Shown here: piece by piece, positions 41,181-53,719 of the stretch | Layout: each line of letters opens with the position of its first letter | How positions within the stretch are numbered: the first letter of the stretch is position 1 | Assembly (NCBI GenBank): GCA_951406725.2 | Contig: OX597825.1 | Coordinates: 14,632,001-14,696,000, forward strand | Source of the DNA: Octopus vulgaris | Lineage: Eukaryota | Reading direction: 5' to 3' | DNA: 64,000 nt | Translations under genes and position numbers: made by a program | The notes under the pieces: generated by a model | Seen by the model: only the letters and a program-made list of their open reading frames with translations | Told to the model about the DNA's origin: nothing | Database searches by the model: none

Positions 41181-43123
41181 TCCACATAGTTGTCTATAAA
41201 AGAACGTGAGTTAAAAATTATTTCCAAAGACCGTTCGAAAATTTGTTAGTCGATACATATAAAGAGGAAAAAATCTAGAGGTTAATTCTTTCAAACAATT
41301 GTTAATATATTAGCACGCGCTAATACGAATCGTATATAATACAGTACAAAATGTGTAAGAGCCAAAATTCAGTTCATAGTAACGCCATTGCATGTATACA
41401 TAGGTAGAAGAACGTCACCTGCATACAACAGAACCTACTACAGAACACATGTACACAATAGAACACTAGGCAACTCTGATAGTGTAACATTGCCATTTTC
41501 TTCAGATGCTTTCCATGATAGGTTAATATAAAATACTCCCTGTTGAGAGAGATTACTTAGCCACTCGAAGAGAATTATTTGTAAAGTAAACATAGTGAGG
41601 ACTCCCCTAACGGTATCACATATAGCATCACTGCGCATGCCTATTTGTCTCTATATCAGTTTTTTTGTGTGTCGTTTGAAGGGCTCTGAAATTGCATCCT
41701 TTCAGTAATGTAGTGAGTTGAATATCAGGGGCAGAAGGGTCTCTCCTCGTAAAAATAGAGTAGAAGTCGACGTCGGTCACGTCGAACAGCTATTTCAAAT
41801 CTTCGTTAGTTTGTGTTTCGTTTTATATTTTATTATTATTTCTACAATAATCAAAGCAGTCCTCTGGGACTCCAGCTTTTTCTTACCTTCACAATTGCAC
41901 TGGACGTTAACGCTCTGATGCTGATGATAGCCCGAACAATCTACTGTTATTCTGTATATTGTTTAATTTTTTTTCCTTTGTCTTCGGTTAATCTATATTT
42001 TTATCTACTTGTCACTGCCAAAACTGGTTATGGGTGGGGAGTGTGCTCTGGCTATGTGTGAAACTCTTGCAAATGTAGAAACGAAGATGTCATCGCTTGT
42101 CCCTTATGGTTCGCCTGATATCAACATAGGGAACACAGTGTCTACGATTTGTTAATGTTTTACTGCTTTCCGCTATTCAGGCTTTCACGTCAGAAATCTC
42201 TCCAAAGAGTTTTACTTCAGCCCTTTGTTTTCAAATATTATCAAATGTTTGAATCTAATTTAGAGACTGTCGAAACTGAATTGAAGGAAATTTGGTCCAT
42301 ATTTCTATCATGGCGTTAGCCTAACTAGTGGTGCCCCAGAGAGGCTCAATGTGTTAAAAGTACGCTTAACAAAATTTATTTTATTTCTTTACATGTTATT
42401 ATACCAGATATTTGAATTCCATTTGCCATGCGATAAGCTACAGCTTGTCTGCATTATTAAAATATTTACACTACGAATTCATACGAATTCATATAGCTTT
42501 CCTCCAAATGGAATAACCACACATGTATTTATTACTGTTTTGTATTTCTAAATACTTGTTAAATATAGAAAAAAAGTATAAAATATATTCCTTCGCTCTA
42601 CAACGTTTTCCCTTTGAAGAAATTGACCTAGAAATTGTGTTTGGTTTTCCCGATGTCCATACAAACGTTCTGCACAAACAGTCAAATACAAACAAAAACT
42701 TATAGCTTACATATTGTTTTGATCTTTTGATACGCTAGCGTGTAATGTTTGCGGAGGTTGACGTACCGCGAAACCATATCGGTGCAATTTGTTTATTCGA
42801 CAGAATTAATATAACAGAATACTTTCAAATGAATGATGTTCTCCGTCTGAAATATAGTAATATTAAGAGTTCAATCAGGAGAGACATTTTATGGTGTGAG
42901 GAAGAGAAATAAGATGTTTAAAACATATCTCTTTATGAAAATGCGATGGCACATTTAATGATGGTGTAGGTGTACACCCAGTGTATTTATTTTCCAATGC
43001 ATTTACGTCTAGTTATAACTCATTTTTTTAATGTTTTGCATTCTCTACTTTACATATATTGATATTTGCATCGGAATATGTTGAGTTGCGTCTTGAAGAT
43101 ACCGCATTATTAATAAGCGTGTT

Positions 43124-43336
43124 AAGGCGGCGAGCTGGTAGAATTGTTAGCACGCCGGGCAAAAACCTTAGCGGCATTTTCTTGGTCGCTACGTTCTGAG
43201 TTCATATTCCGCTGAAGTCACTCTGCCTTTCATTCTTTCGGAGTCGATAAATTAAGTACCGGTGAAACACTGGGGTCGATGTAATCGAGTATTCCCATTT
43301 CTTCCGAAGTTGAGGCCTTGTGCCCCTAATAGAAAT
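43124..43336 (+). mobile_element. SINE family C, short-tail variant
   Basis: Family-C head and core. TSD CATTATTAATAAG.G.GTT at 43105-43123 and 43337-43355. Confidence 0.88.
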
Positions 43337-43454
43337 CATTATTAATAAGTGCGTTGCAGTATACATACGTTGGTACATACAGTCACACACATATATTTAC
43401 ACACACACAAACATACACACACGTGCACAAACGTATAGATATTTTTCTATGTTA

Positions 43455-43507
43455 ATATATATACATATATATGTGTACATATGTATCTCTCTCTCTATAT
43501 ATATATA

Positions 43508-43556
<49 letters not shown>

Positions 43557-43805
43557 ATATATATATATATATATGTGTATATATATATGTATATATATAT
43601 GTGTGTGTATTTATATATATATATGTATATATATGTGTATATATATATATATGTACATGTGTATGTACGTGTGTATAAACATACATATGCATATAAATTG
43701 ATGTATATATATGCATGTATATTAAAAAAGCTGCAAATATATCTGCATATATATTTGTATACATACACATACAAGCACACATATATATGTATATTTGTAT
43801 ATGTA

Positions 43806-43845
<40 letters not shown>
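43455..43845. repeat. (TA)n/(TG)n compound microsatellite
   Basis: Directly visible. Confidence 0.95.
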
Positions 43846-43846
<1 letters not shown>

Positions 43847-44454
43847 ATATCACTTATGTGTTCATCTGTACGCCTTTTACTGTATACTTGCGTACTTCCC
43901 CTGTGAGAATATTTATGTAGTTAAGTGTCTTTTTTACTGAGGACATATATTTTTTTTTCAGTATATTACACACGTAGTAACCAATATGTAAAAGCCTTTT
44001 TAAGTGAAATATTAAAAGATTTTCAGAATACACTTGATGGCTTTGTTAATGTGCAAAATGGACAATCTCGATTAACTCCCCAGATTTTTGCTAGCTTTAG
44101 ATGTAATGGTTTTTGCTATACTGAATTCTATGTCATTCGATTAAGTCTATATTCTACGGTGTTATTTAGTACAAATGAACTATGTAACTGGAGGATAAAG
44201 GAATGAAAATATATGAAGACAGAAATATGTTGAGTAAAGTTAGTAAAAGCTGGAATACAGTAAATGAAAAATGGAGAAAATTTTGAGCAATATATACTGA
44301 AAAAATAGTGAAGTATTATTATTTTTTTTAAGTAGTTCAGCAGCATCTTATCGCCAAAAAAGAATGAGAATATTTTTTTTTAATTCTATAGACATTTCTA
44401 ACAAAAAGTCTAAGTTTCAAAATTCTCTGAACGAGGTATAAACACTAGCTGCAC

Positions 44455-44611
44455 GACCATGTGAAGTATATTTGATACTCAAATGTGGCCAGCAACTAAG
44501 AGTAGATGCTACGTAGCTTGTAGCCCCAGGTTCCCCTGGAGCTACACGCTACAGTAGCATCCACCCTTAGTGGTTCCCCACATTTGACTGGCAAATATAC
44601 TTCACATAGTC
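44455..44611. repeat. Fold-back (palindromic) duplication of the 8.6-kb repeat
   Basis: GACCATGTGAAGTATATTTG...GTAGCCCCAGG ttcc CCTGGAGCTAC...CAAATATACTTCACATAGTC. Confidence 0.85.
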
Positions 44612-47172
44612 TAAGTAAACTTTTCTTTTCTCATAGCAAACTTTACAAGCATACAATTACAATTAGCAAAGAAGGTTACTGTACGTATGTTGATTTACCT
44701 ACTGAAGAGTGTAATACTTGCAGCTTTCAAAGAATAAGATTTATAAAAGTTTTTAAATGTTTATGGTTGTAATTATAACTTTAGCAATCGAGAAATTTAT
44801 TCTGTGAGTTTAAATAGTAATCTTATTGTTCTAGAATACAACACTTTACACGCATATGTATTAGTAGATGTATTAGTGTTATGTTAATAGATTAATTCCA
44901 TTTAATACTCATTTACATTACTACGTTGATGCCTTTTGAAATAACATGCAACAATGCTAAACACACGCTTCAATATAGGTCTGTATACGTTTTACGGATC
45001 AGGAAGAATATATATATATAATTGTTTCTAATTTAAGCACGTGGCCTGGAATAAAGGTAATAAAAGATGTACTCAATGTGTTTATTATCAGCAAACTAAT
45101 CAATAATTAATGCTGGTAATAATATTGATAGGATGCATGACAATGGCTTGGTGTGTAATGGAGATTAAATAACACTTAATCAATTATCTTCCATTAAAGG
45201 ATAATGTGAAGTCATCTCCAAAAAGGAAACTCGGTGATGAAGAAGCAGTATTAACAATAAAACAATCAAACCAGTTCAGACAACACGTTGCGTTAAAAGG
45301 AAACAATTTCTAAACCTTGATAATGAATGTTGGAATTGAATCGAACAAGGCAGACGTGGATGTAATGAAACTGTAACAATGGTTGCTAAAGGTAATAAGT
45401 TATGTCGTGATATAACCTTCATTTGCAAAAGGGAGTTTGTCTGCTTTATTTTTTTTCATGAAACAAGCTATTTACAAATACATACACCAGCTGCCGTGAT
45501 CAATAAAATAGTTCATTGGTAGAAAACATGGCTGTGGGTATCCATGTCGTATATTATGTAATTTATTTTGTAGAAAACCTAATATAAGAAAGATAGTACA
45601 TTTCTGAGGAAAGAACACTAAGAGCAATGCGCATGAATTAATCGTGACCGTCATGTCTGTATATTTCATTTTGAAATTAGTAGTTTGCAAAACACATGCT
45701 GTAACTACTACACTGCCAGGAGATTAAGAAGATAAAACTGACGAAGTGTTATCAACAAATTGCGTATGAAACGTTACGGAAATGAGAAAATATAGACAAT
45801 AATTCAGTAAGTTAGAATATATTTGAGAAGCATTTTTATAGTGTCAAATAACGAAGATATTCATCCATGTTTATTTTAAGGTCAATTTTTGAAACATCGT
45901 ATCTGACACCCCATGTACAGACACTGACGAAATGTATATAATAAAATTAAGCAGAATATGCTCGGCATAGAAGCAAATAAGATGCATAGCGTAGATGTGT
46001 TGCTAAGCTAAGAACGTTCTTTCACTTCTGTGATGTTACGGCGCGGATGTTACAACGAGGCAATTTCGAAACGTGTTTTTGCATATAACCTCGATATAAC
46101 GCGAATAGTATGACTGAAATATGGGAGATAAAAATCGTGGAGATGTAAATAACAATCTTTACCTTTAAGAAAAAAAAAACATCCTAAATTGTTTTGTGTT
46201 TTGGGGAATACACTACCGGAGCAACCAATGAGAACTTAAAAAAACGATAAAATACGAGCACCACAAATGGTGGATGAGAAAAGATTTTTCTTTATTACAA
46301 TTACTGCAGAGCAACAATCGATATAAATTGGCATAAGGCTGTTAAACCGCTATAACAAGTAGAGAAATGCAACGCCATTTCTTAAATAAGATCTATTTGC
46401 CTTATAAATCTTTCTTACTGACGTTTGATTGTAGGGTGTGAAACGAAAGTAGCAGCCCAACAGAAAACTGCTAAGATGAGCAAAGCTAGACATATTTTTC
46501 AAGAACGTATTGAAACCGACATCCTAAAAGGAATGATAGGTTTGTGGAAATCAGTAGTATTATTTATTTACATTTTTTTTTCATATTTGAGTACCTTCAG
46601 TCCCTGAAAAACGTAAATATGCTATGCAATAAAAAAAACCTACTATGATAGGAAAGCATTTGACATAGTTTAATTTTAGAAATGGAGTCAGTTAGAATTT
46701 ATTTAGGAAAAAAAAATTGTTAACTGGAAATTTCCGTATATAGATTTCTATGCAAAAACTTCTACATCAAATCTCACAATACTATGGTAATACGGTACGA
46801 TAAGATACCAAATCTGGCTTCATTAAATATTTGAGCTATGAAAAATAATGATCATTTAATAACCGAATCGGAAACAGAAAGAAATTTTTACCTTGTGTTC
46901 GAGAAAAATATTCATGAAGGCGGGAACTTTATTAATTACGACGAACAAACTTCACGTGTCATATTCTATTGTCTCCAAAACATTAATAACTGAAGAGCAA
47001 CATGGTTAGTTTAAAGCATAAAGAAACGAATATAAATATCTACTAATGCTACCACACATCATTGTGGGGTATTATTTATGGTAAGACTATAGCCGATCTA
47101 CTTCTAGAATAAGGCTTGTCCACATATACTGCTATACATATACTTGTATACATATACATCTATATATATATA

Positions 47173-48463
47173 CGAGGGGCGTTCAATAAGTAATGCCCCT
47201 GACCCACTTGCAGTTGTTTGATCTAGCTGAAATTGTGCATGTGCAATTATTTATATCCCTATAGATTAAATGGCAAATTACAGCTCTGAACAAATTATGG
47301 TTTCTGAATTACAGGTGTTTGAACTGAGTCAAGTGTGAAATGGAGCCAGTTGAGTGTCGAGCAGTGATTCGGTTTTTGTATTTGAAAGGACGCACACCAC
47401 GGGAGACTTTTGATGAAATGAAAGTAACTTATGGTGATGATGCCCCATCATATGACCTTGTAAAACGCCGGCATCGTGAATTCAAACATGGTCGGAACTC
47501 TGTGGAAACAGCTCCCAGATCAGGTCACCCCACTTCTGCCATTGATGAGACATCTGTACATCAAGTTGAGGCTGCCATTTTGGAAGATCGACGCATAACT
47601 ATTCGCCAAATAGCCCATGAGATCAAGATTAGTACCGGGTCTGTGGAAACTATCATTCATGACCATTTGCATATGCAAAAGGTGTCTGCCAGATGGATTG
47701 CCAGGTTGCTCACACCTTTCCAGAAGCAAGAACGCGTCAAGTGCTCGAGGATGAATTTGGAGATGTGCCAAGAAGATGAGTCAAAATTTTTCAAAATACT
47801 GATTACACAGGATGAAACCTGGGTCCATCACTATGATCCTGAGGCCAAAGCCCAGTCAATGCAGTGGAAGCACTGTGACTCACCTCCTCCAAAGGAAGCA
47901 AGGGTGCAGCCCTCCGCTGGCAAGGTCATGCTCACAGTCTTCCGGGACTAGGACGGAGTAGTGATAACAGATTTCCTGGCAAAGGGTACCACAATTACAG
48001 GAGCTTATTATGCTTCACTTTTGAGAAAATTAAGAGAAGCTATCAAAATCAAGAGGCGGGGCAAGATCAGCAAAGGCATCCTCCTCCTGCAGGACAACGC
48101 TCCGGTCCACAACTCGCTTGTCGCCAGATTAGAAGCACAGGCCTGCGGCTATGAACTCCTCCTCCATCCCCCTACTCTCCTGACCTTGCACCCTCTGATT
48201 TCACCTCTTCCCAGCCATGAAGTTGTTTTTGAAAGGAAAGCGTTTCCCATCTGATGCAGCCTTGATTTCTGAAGTCACGTCGTGGTTGGAGGACCAAGCT
48301 GGGGTCTTCTACAAAAACGGTCTCCAGAGCTGCATCAAACGATGGCAGAAATGCGTAACTCTGGGTAGTTCCTAGGTAGAAAAAGACTAATAAATGTGCC
48401 AAGTTTCGTTGCTCTACTGCAATGGGAAGTGGGTCAGGGGCATTACTTATTGAGCGCCCCTCG
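47173..48463 (+). mobile_element. Full-length mariner (Tc1/mariner, DD34D, irritans-like), inactivated
   Basis: 37-bp TIRs CGAGGGGCG(T/C)TCAATAAGTAATGCCCCTGACCCACTT with 1 mismatch; TA target duplication at 47171-72 and 48464-65; 1291 bp long. Confidence 0.97.
47340..48390 (+). pseudogene. Mariner transposase pseudogene
   Basis: HTH N-terminus; motifs ARWIARLLT, TQDETW, KVMLTVF, QDNAPVH and HPPYSPDLAPSD (D34D). Premature TAG at 47949-51, two 1-nt frameshifts near 48170-48200, and TAG at 48373-75. Confidence 0.95.
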
Positions 48464-48491
48464 TATATATACATGTATACATACACATCCA

Positions 48492-48529
<38 letters not shown>

Positions 48530-48559
48530 ATGTGCCTGTATATATGTGAGATAATAGTT

Positions 48560-48830
48560 TCAGAATTAAAGTGAAACTATTAAAGTGAAAGTATCTGACA
48601 TTACAATTGAGAGATGTTATTGTTTCACTTTTGAAACGTAATACTGAAATAGTGGAAAAGATATGATGTTGCTGTGGGCTCGCACGAGGCAAGAAGTTAA
48701 AACTTTTTGTGGCGTATGACACTACATTGACCCTAGGTAAATCATAGAGCATGTGTAAAGTTTGAATGAAATTGGTTGTGTAGTTCTCAAGTTTTAGGGA
48801 TTCACACACACAGACACACATGCTCATCTT

Positions 48831-48835
<5 letters not shown>
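48560..48835 (-). mobile_element. Non-autonomous Helitron-like 5' region
   Basis: Minus strand TATATTTAAAGATGAG..GTGTGTCTGTGTGTG...AACTACACAACCAATTTCATTCAAACTTTACACA. Confidence 0.5.
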
Positions 48836-48900
<65 letters not shown>

Positions 48901-49593
48901 TATTACATGTGTGTGCTTGTGTGCGTATGTGTATGTGCGCGTGCGCATACACGTGTGCAACCGTGAGCGTATAATCTTCTAAGTATCTCCTGCCTCGTAG
49001 TATTTGCGTGCAAACTCTGAAAAATAATTTTCTCGATGGCTTTCAGCAGTTACTCACCATGAGAATCTGATTATTTTTACTTCTGATACAGTTGCTGTCA
49101 TGCATGGTGTACAAAACGACCCACACTTCATATCATATTTCACTTGCTCGCTAATGTCACCCATGTTGCACATGGTTTCCATAAACATACATCATAAATA
49201 TCCTTGCTACATTATCTCTCGTATCACCAACGACTTGGATTCGTGATCTTTCCTGTTATATATAAATATATGTGTGTATACAATATGTACGAATAGTAAA
49301 CGTATAGGATAAGTTAACAGGGACACGAAAATTATACTCATTCTCACACACGTCTCGTGTACTCTCCTACTGTTCCGATGTTACACATCTTTGTATTAGC
49401 TGATAGTGGCGTACTAAGTTAGTAAAGCGTAGTTTGTCTCTGAAAGAATTATTTAAAGGAAAACCCGAGGCATGTTACGCAGAATATATAATGCAGGTTA
49501 ATATTTTTCTAGGCATCCTAATAGTAGTATTAACATTATTGTTAAACATGCTGTTATTTCAGCTACAGAAGTTTAAAATATTTTAGGTACATA

Positions 49594-49836
49594 GTCAAGG
49601 TAGAAAACGCTAAAATAATTTTATCATAAAAACACTTTAGTATGAGTTTCAGTCACTGAGACCTTTTTTAGCTTTAAGTATGGAAAACAAATAAATTTTG
49701 GAAAAATGAAATTTTCATTTAAATTTTTCAAAAATTTAATTCTTTTCCATACTTACAGTTGAAAAAGTCTCAATGACTGAAACCGGTACTAAAGTGTTTT
49801 TTATGATAAAATTATTTTAGCATTTTCTACCTTGAC
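49594..49836. mobile_element. 243-bp fold-back element with a hammerhead-like motif in each arm (Penelope-like inverted terminus)
   Basis: Arms GTCAAGGTAGAAAA.GCTAAAATAATTTTATCAT... and ...ATGATAAAATTATTTTAGCATTTTCTACCTTGAC. The right arm reads TTGAAAA-AGTC-tcaat-GACT-GAAA-CCGG-TA. Confidence 0.7.
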
Positions 49837-49876
49837 ACATTTTCGTTACACATATCAACTCGTATATTCCTTTACA

Positions 49877-49954
<78 letters not shown>

Positions 49955-50261
49955 AAAAAGGACAACAAGTGCTAAGGCAAGAAAAACATCTCAAGTCATA
50001 TACATTACTATATGATTGGAAAATTTTTAAAGCCCTGGTAATCCGTTACAGCTCTTAACCAGCGTACCTAGTCCATTAGATCACCACTGAACTAAAACCC
50101 CATATATTGTAACATCTATATTCCTCCCTGTGCCTGTGAAAAACCTTGTATCTTTGCCGTAAGGCTTTATTTCCACACACGCCACCTTAATGTAGTTACC
50201 ATGTGGAAAACAAAGTACCACTCATCTACATGTGGGAAACAATATATCTTCTGCCATTGTA

Positions 50262-50825
50262 TTGGGTTGTCCGGAATGTTCATGCCGATTTATAGTAGCT
50301 TACCTTTCGACATATTTTAGAACATGGTTGAGTCCAAAAGCTAGGATTTGACTACACCTCCATTTAGAGCACAGTTTAAGCTATGGACGAAGGTTTATGT
50401 TCCTATAGCCTGTGCTAATTCTGTAACCCTTTAAAATGGAAGATAAGAAAGTTCATTTTCAGCAGTTCATGCGTTTCTTTTTCCGTAAAAGGAAAATGCC
50501 TCTCAAGCAACCAAAGAAATATGCGCTGTATACGATGATGTTTCTTTATTCGAAAGAACTGTACGGAAGTGGTTCGCAAGGTTCCGAGCTGGAGATTGTA
50601 GCCTTATTGATAAAGAGCGATGAGGCAAACCATCCACTTCAGATGATAATCAAATCAAGTCATTAATTGAGAATAACCCCCATTGCACAACACGAGAATT
50701 GGCAGAAAGCCTCAGCGTATCAAAATCAATCGTTCATGAGCACCTGTAAAGCTTGGGTAATGGCAAGTATTCGTTGACCTTTTTCTTCCCTTTAAAAATC
50801 GGCACGAAGTTTCCAGACAACCCAA
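50262..50825 (+). mobile_element. Internally deleted mariner (mellifera/cecropia-like), non-autonomous
   Basis: TIRs TA|TTGGGTTGTCCGGAA..TTC.TGCCGATTT and AAATCGGCACGAAGTTTCCAGACAACCCAA|TA. Frameshifted N-terminal transposase from 50436 (MEDKKVHF...ERTVRKWFARFRAGD...NPHCTTRELAESL); no DDD domain. Confidence 0.92.
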
Positions 50826-51574
50826 TAATTTTTTTGTAGACATCGCTTCTTGAAAAACCAATAAACGATTTGTGTTTAAATAATTGGTAATTTAGTGGAA
50901 ATGAAGACAAATCTTATGCTTTATTTAGTTGCTTTATTGTTTGTAAATGAATAAAAATTGTGCTACGGGAAATGCATAAGTTTGGAGATTAGAAAGGTTA
51001 CAAGTTGTTTCTAATAGGCACTTTACTTTTCTTGTGCGTCTAAACATTATTGGAATATATATGAAGACCACTACAGGAGAATTTGTTTGGAGCGAGATAT
51101 ATATCTTGTGTCTTGGACTCTACATTGATTCTTAATATTTGCTTAATAAATAACAACGTATCAATTGATATCAGTAGAATAATCACATACTAAATAAAGG
51201 GATAGGCCAAGAGGTTTCAAACAGATTATTTAAATCAGCAGAGATTAATATTTCATCACTCCTTCAATAATAATTGTGAGATTCTATCAGTTTCAGATAT
51301 AAAGTTTGGAACGTAACTGTCACACCAGGAGGCTTCTGAACATGGGTTAGAACAGATATCAAATGTTAAGTTCGACATAACTTCATTATCTCGTTATTAG
51401 TTTCATAAAGCATGAGCATAGTTTTCTGACATTACGATTAATCGAAATGCCAATTAATAGGAAGATGTTATATTACTTTAGATTATGAGAAGTAAATTAT
51501 GTAATATAAAGAAATTTATTAATTTTCTTTATTACTAAACACATGCCCGTTAAATAATTATTGCTGTGTGCATT

Positions 51575-52121
51575 ATTTCTTTTCTACTCTAGGCATAAGA
51601 CCCGAAATGATTTTGTGGGAGAGGGCCAGTCGATTAGATCGACCTAAGTACACAACTGGTACTTAATTTATCGATCCCCGAAAGAATGAAAGGCAAATTC
51701 GACTTCGGTGGAATTTGAACTCAGAACGTAAACACAGACGAAATGCTTATTTCTTTACTACCCACAAGGGGCTAAACAGAGAGAGGACAAACAAGGACAG
51801 ACAAACGGATTAAGTCGATTATATCGACCCCAGTGCGTAATTGATACTTATTTAACTAACCCCGAAAGGATGAAAGGCAAAGTCGACCTCGGCGGAATTT
51901 GAACTCAGAACGTAAAGACAGATAAAATACCTATTTCATTACTAGCCACAAGGGGCTAAACACAGAGAGTACAAACGAGGTCAGACAAACATATTAAGTC
52001 GATTATATCGACCCCAGTGCGTAACTGGTACTTATTTAATCGACCCCGAAAGGATGAAAGGCAAAGTCGACCTCGAAATACCGCAAAGCATTTCGCCCGG
52101 GGTGCTAACGTTTCTGCCAGG
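51575..52121 (-). mobile_element. SINE family C multimer (head plus 3 tandem body units)
   Basis: Three copies of CCCGAAAG.ATGAAAGGCAAA.TCGAC.TCG, with unit junctions at CAGA.GAAATA/GC.TATTTC. Confidence 0.9.
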
Positions 52122-52388
52122 TGAGTGTCATGTGATTTTAACTGAGTATTAATAGAGTAACCTAAAAGATAATTTTATTGTAGTCACTTGCATTCCCTAC
52201 TAAATCTTTAACCTACTTCGAATAAAAATGTTTGTTTCTTAGCACATCATTATAAAGTCTAAGTCTATAGATAATAACCATTATACTAGCTGTTAATATT
52301 TTTTTCTTCATATTGCACACACACGCGTAACCCACGCGGTTTGAATTATTATGCTTATAAAATTACTTACACATAGTCTTCCTAATGT

Positions 52389-52530
52389 AAAGTATATTGT
52401 TAAAAATTCATTCTAAATCATATGTTATTAGTAAATGTTTATCAAATCAGATATGTCTAAATTAATGGTGATGCATTGAAATATCCATACGAAACCTGGC
52501 ATTTTAGAATCACAATATATACTACTCTAC
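52389..52530 (+). repeat. 142-bp direct repeat, left copy (long TSD-like)
   Basis: Matches 52918-53059 with about 9 mismatches. Confidence 0.92.
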
Positions 52531-52532
52531 TT

Positions 52533-52917
52533 GTGGAGGCGCAATTGCCCAGTGGTTAGGACAGCGGACTCGCGGTCGTAGGATCGCGGTTTCGATTCCC
52601 AGACCGGGCGTTGTGAGTGTTTATTGAGCGAAAACACCTAAAAGCTCCACGAGGCTCCGGCAGGGGATGGTGGCGATCCCTGCTGAACTCTTTCACCACA
52701 ACTTTCTCTCACTCTTACTTCCTGTTTCTGTTGTACCTGTATTTCAAGGGGCCGGCCTTGTCACTTTCTGTGTCACGCTGAATATCCCCGAGAACTACGT
52801 TAAGGGTGCACGTGTCTGTGGAGTGCTCAGTCACTTACACGTTAATTTCACGAGCAGGCTGTTCCGTTTATCGGATCAGCCGGAACTCTCATCGTCGTAA
52901 CCGACGGAGTGCTTCCC
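52533..52917 (+). mobile_element. SINE family B, full length
   Basis: A and B boxes plus the complete body. Confidence 0.93.
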
Positions 52918-53059
52918 AAAGTATATAGTTAAAAATTCATTCTAAAACATATATTATTAGTAAATGTTTACCAAAACAGATATGTCTAAATTAACGGTGA
53001 TGCATTGAAATATCCATACGAAACCTAGCATTTTAGAATCACAATACATACTACCCTAC
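52918..53059 (+). repeat. 142-bp direct repeat, right copy
   Basis: Matches 52389-52530. Confidence 0.92.
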
Positions 53060-53655
53060 GTTTTCAATAATTTTCTGTATAATATACTATTTATTATTTC
53101 GATTTAATTAATTTTCACGTGGATTCGCTGGAATATATTTGTAACAATTTGATCGATAGCAGTTACATCTCATATTAATCAAAATTTAAATAACTTTCTC
53201 GATACATTATTTTACTACTTCACATTTATAGTTACATGAGATGAAAAAACATTAGTAATTATATTTTTCGTTGAACGTCATATATATTACAGGGATTTCA
53301 ATATTTATGTATAAATTAATAATCGTTACTACACAGATAATTTACTAACAAAATTAAGTGCAATCTTTGCGTTAAAAATTAATTATTTAAAAGAAATTAA
53401 TTAAACAATTTACAATCGTATATTGCTCTACGTTTGGTTCAATTATAAAATTTCATATTAATTTTCTATTTCCTCAAATTCTAATTAAATGCAGCTGTTA
53501 GGTTTTCTGCTACAGTGGTCACATTACATTAGTATTTAGTCACATTACAATTAATAATGTGACTAAATATCCGAGGTGAAAGCCTTAGTACAGCGATTCC
53601 CAACCCTTTTATTCAAATGAGTTTTCCCACCAACCCATTTTGATATGCTTATTCT

Positions 53656-53719
<64 letters not shown>

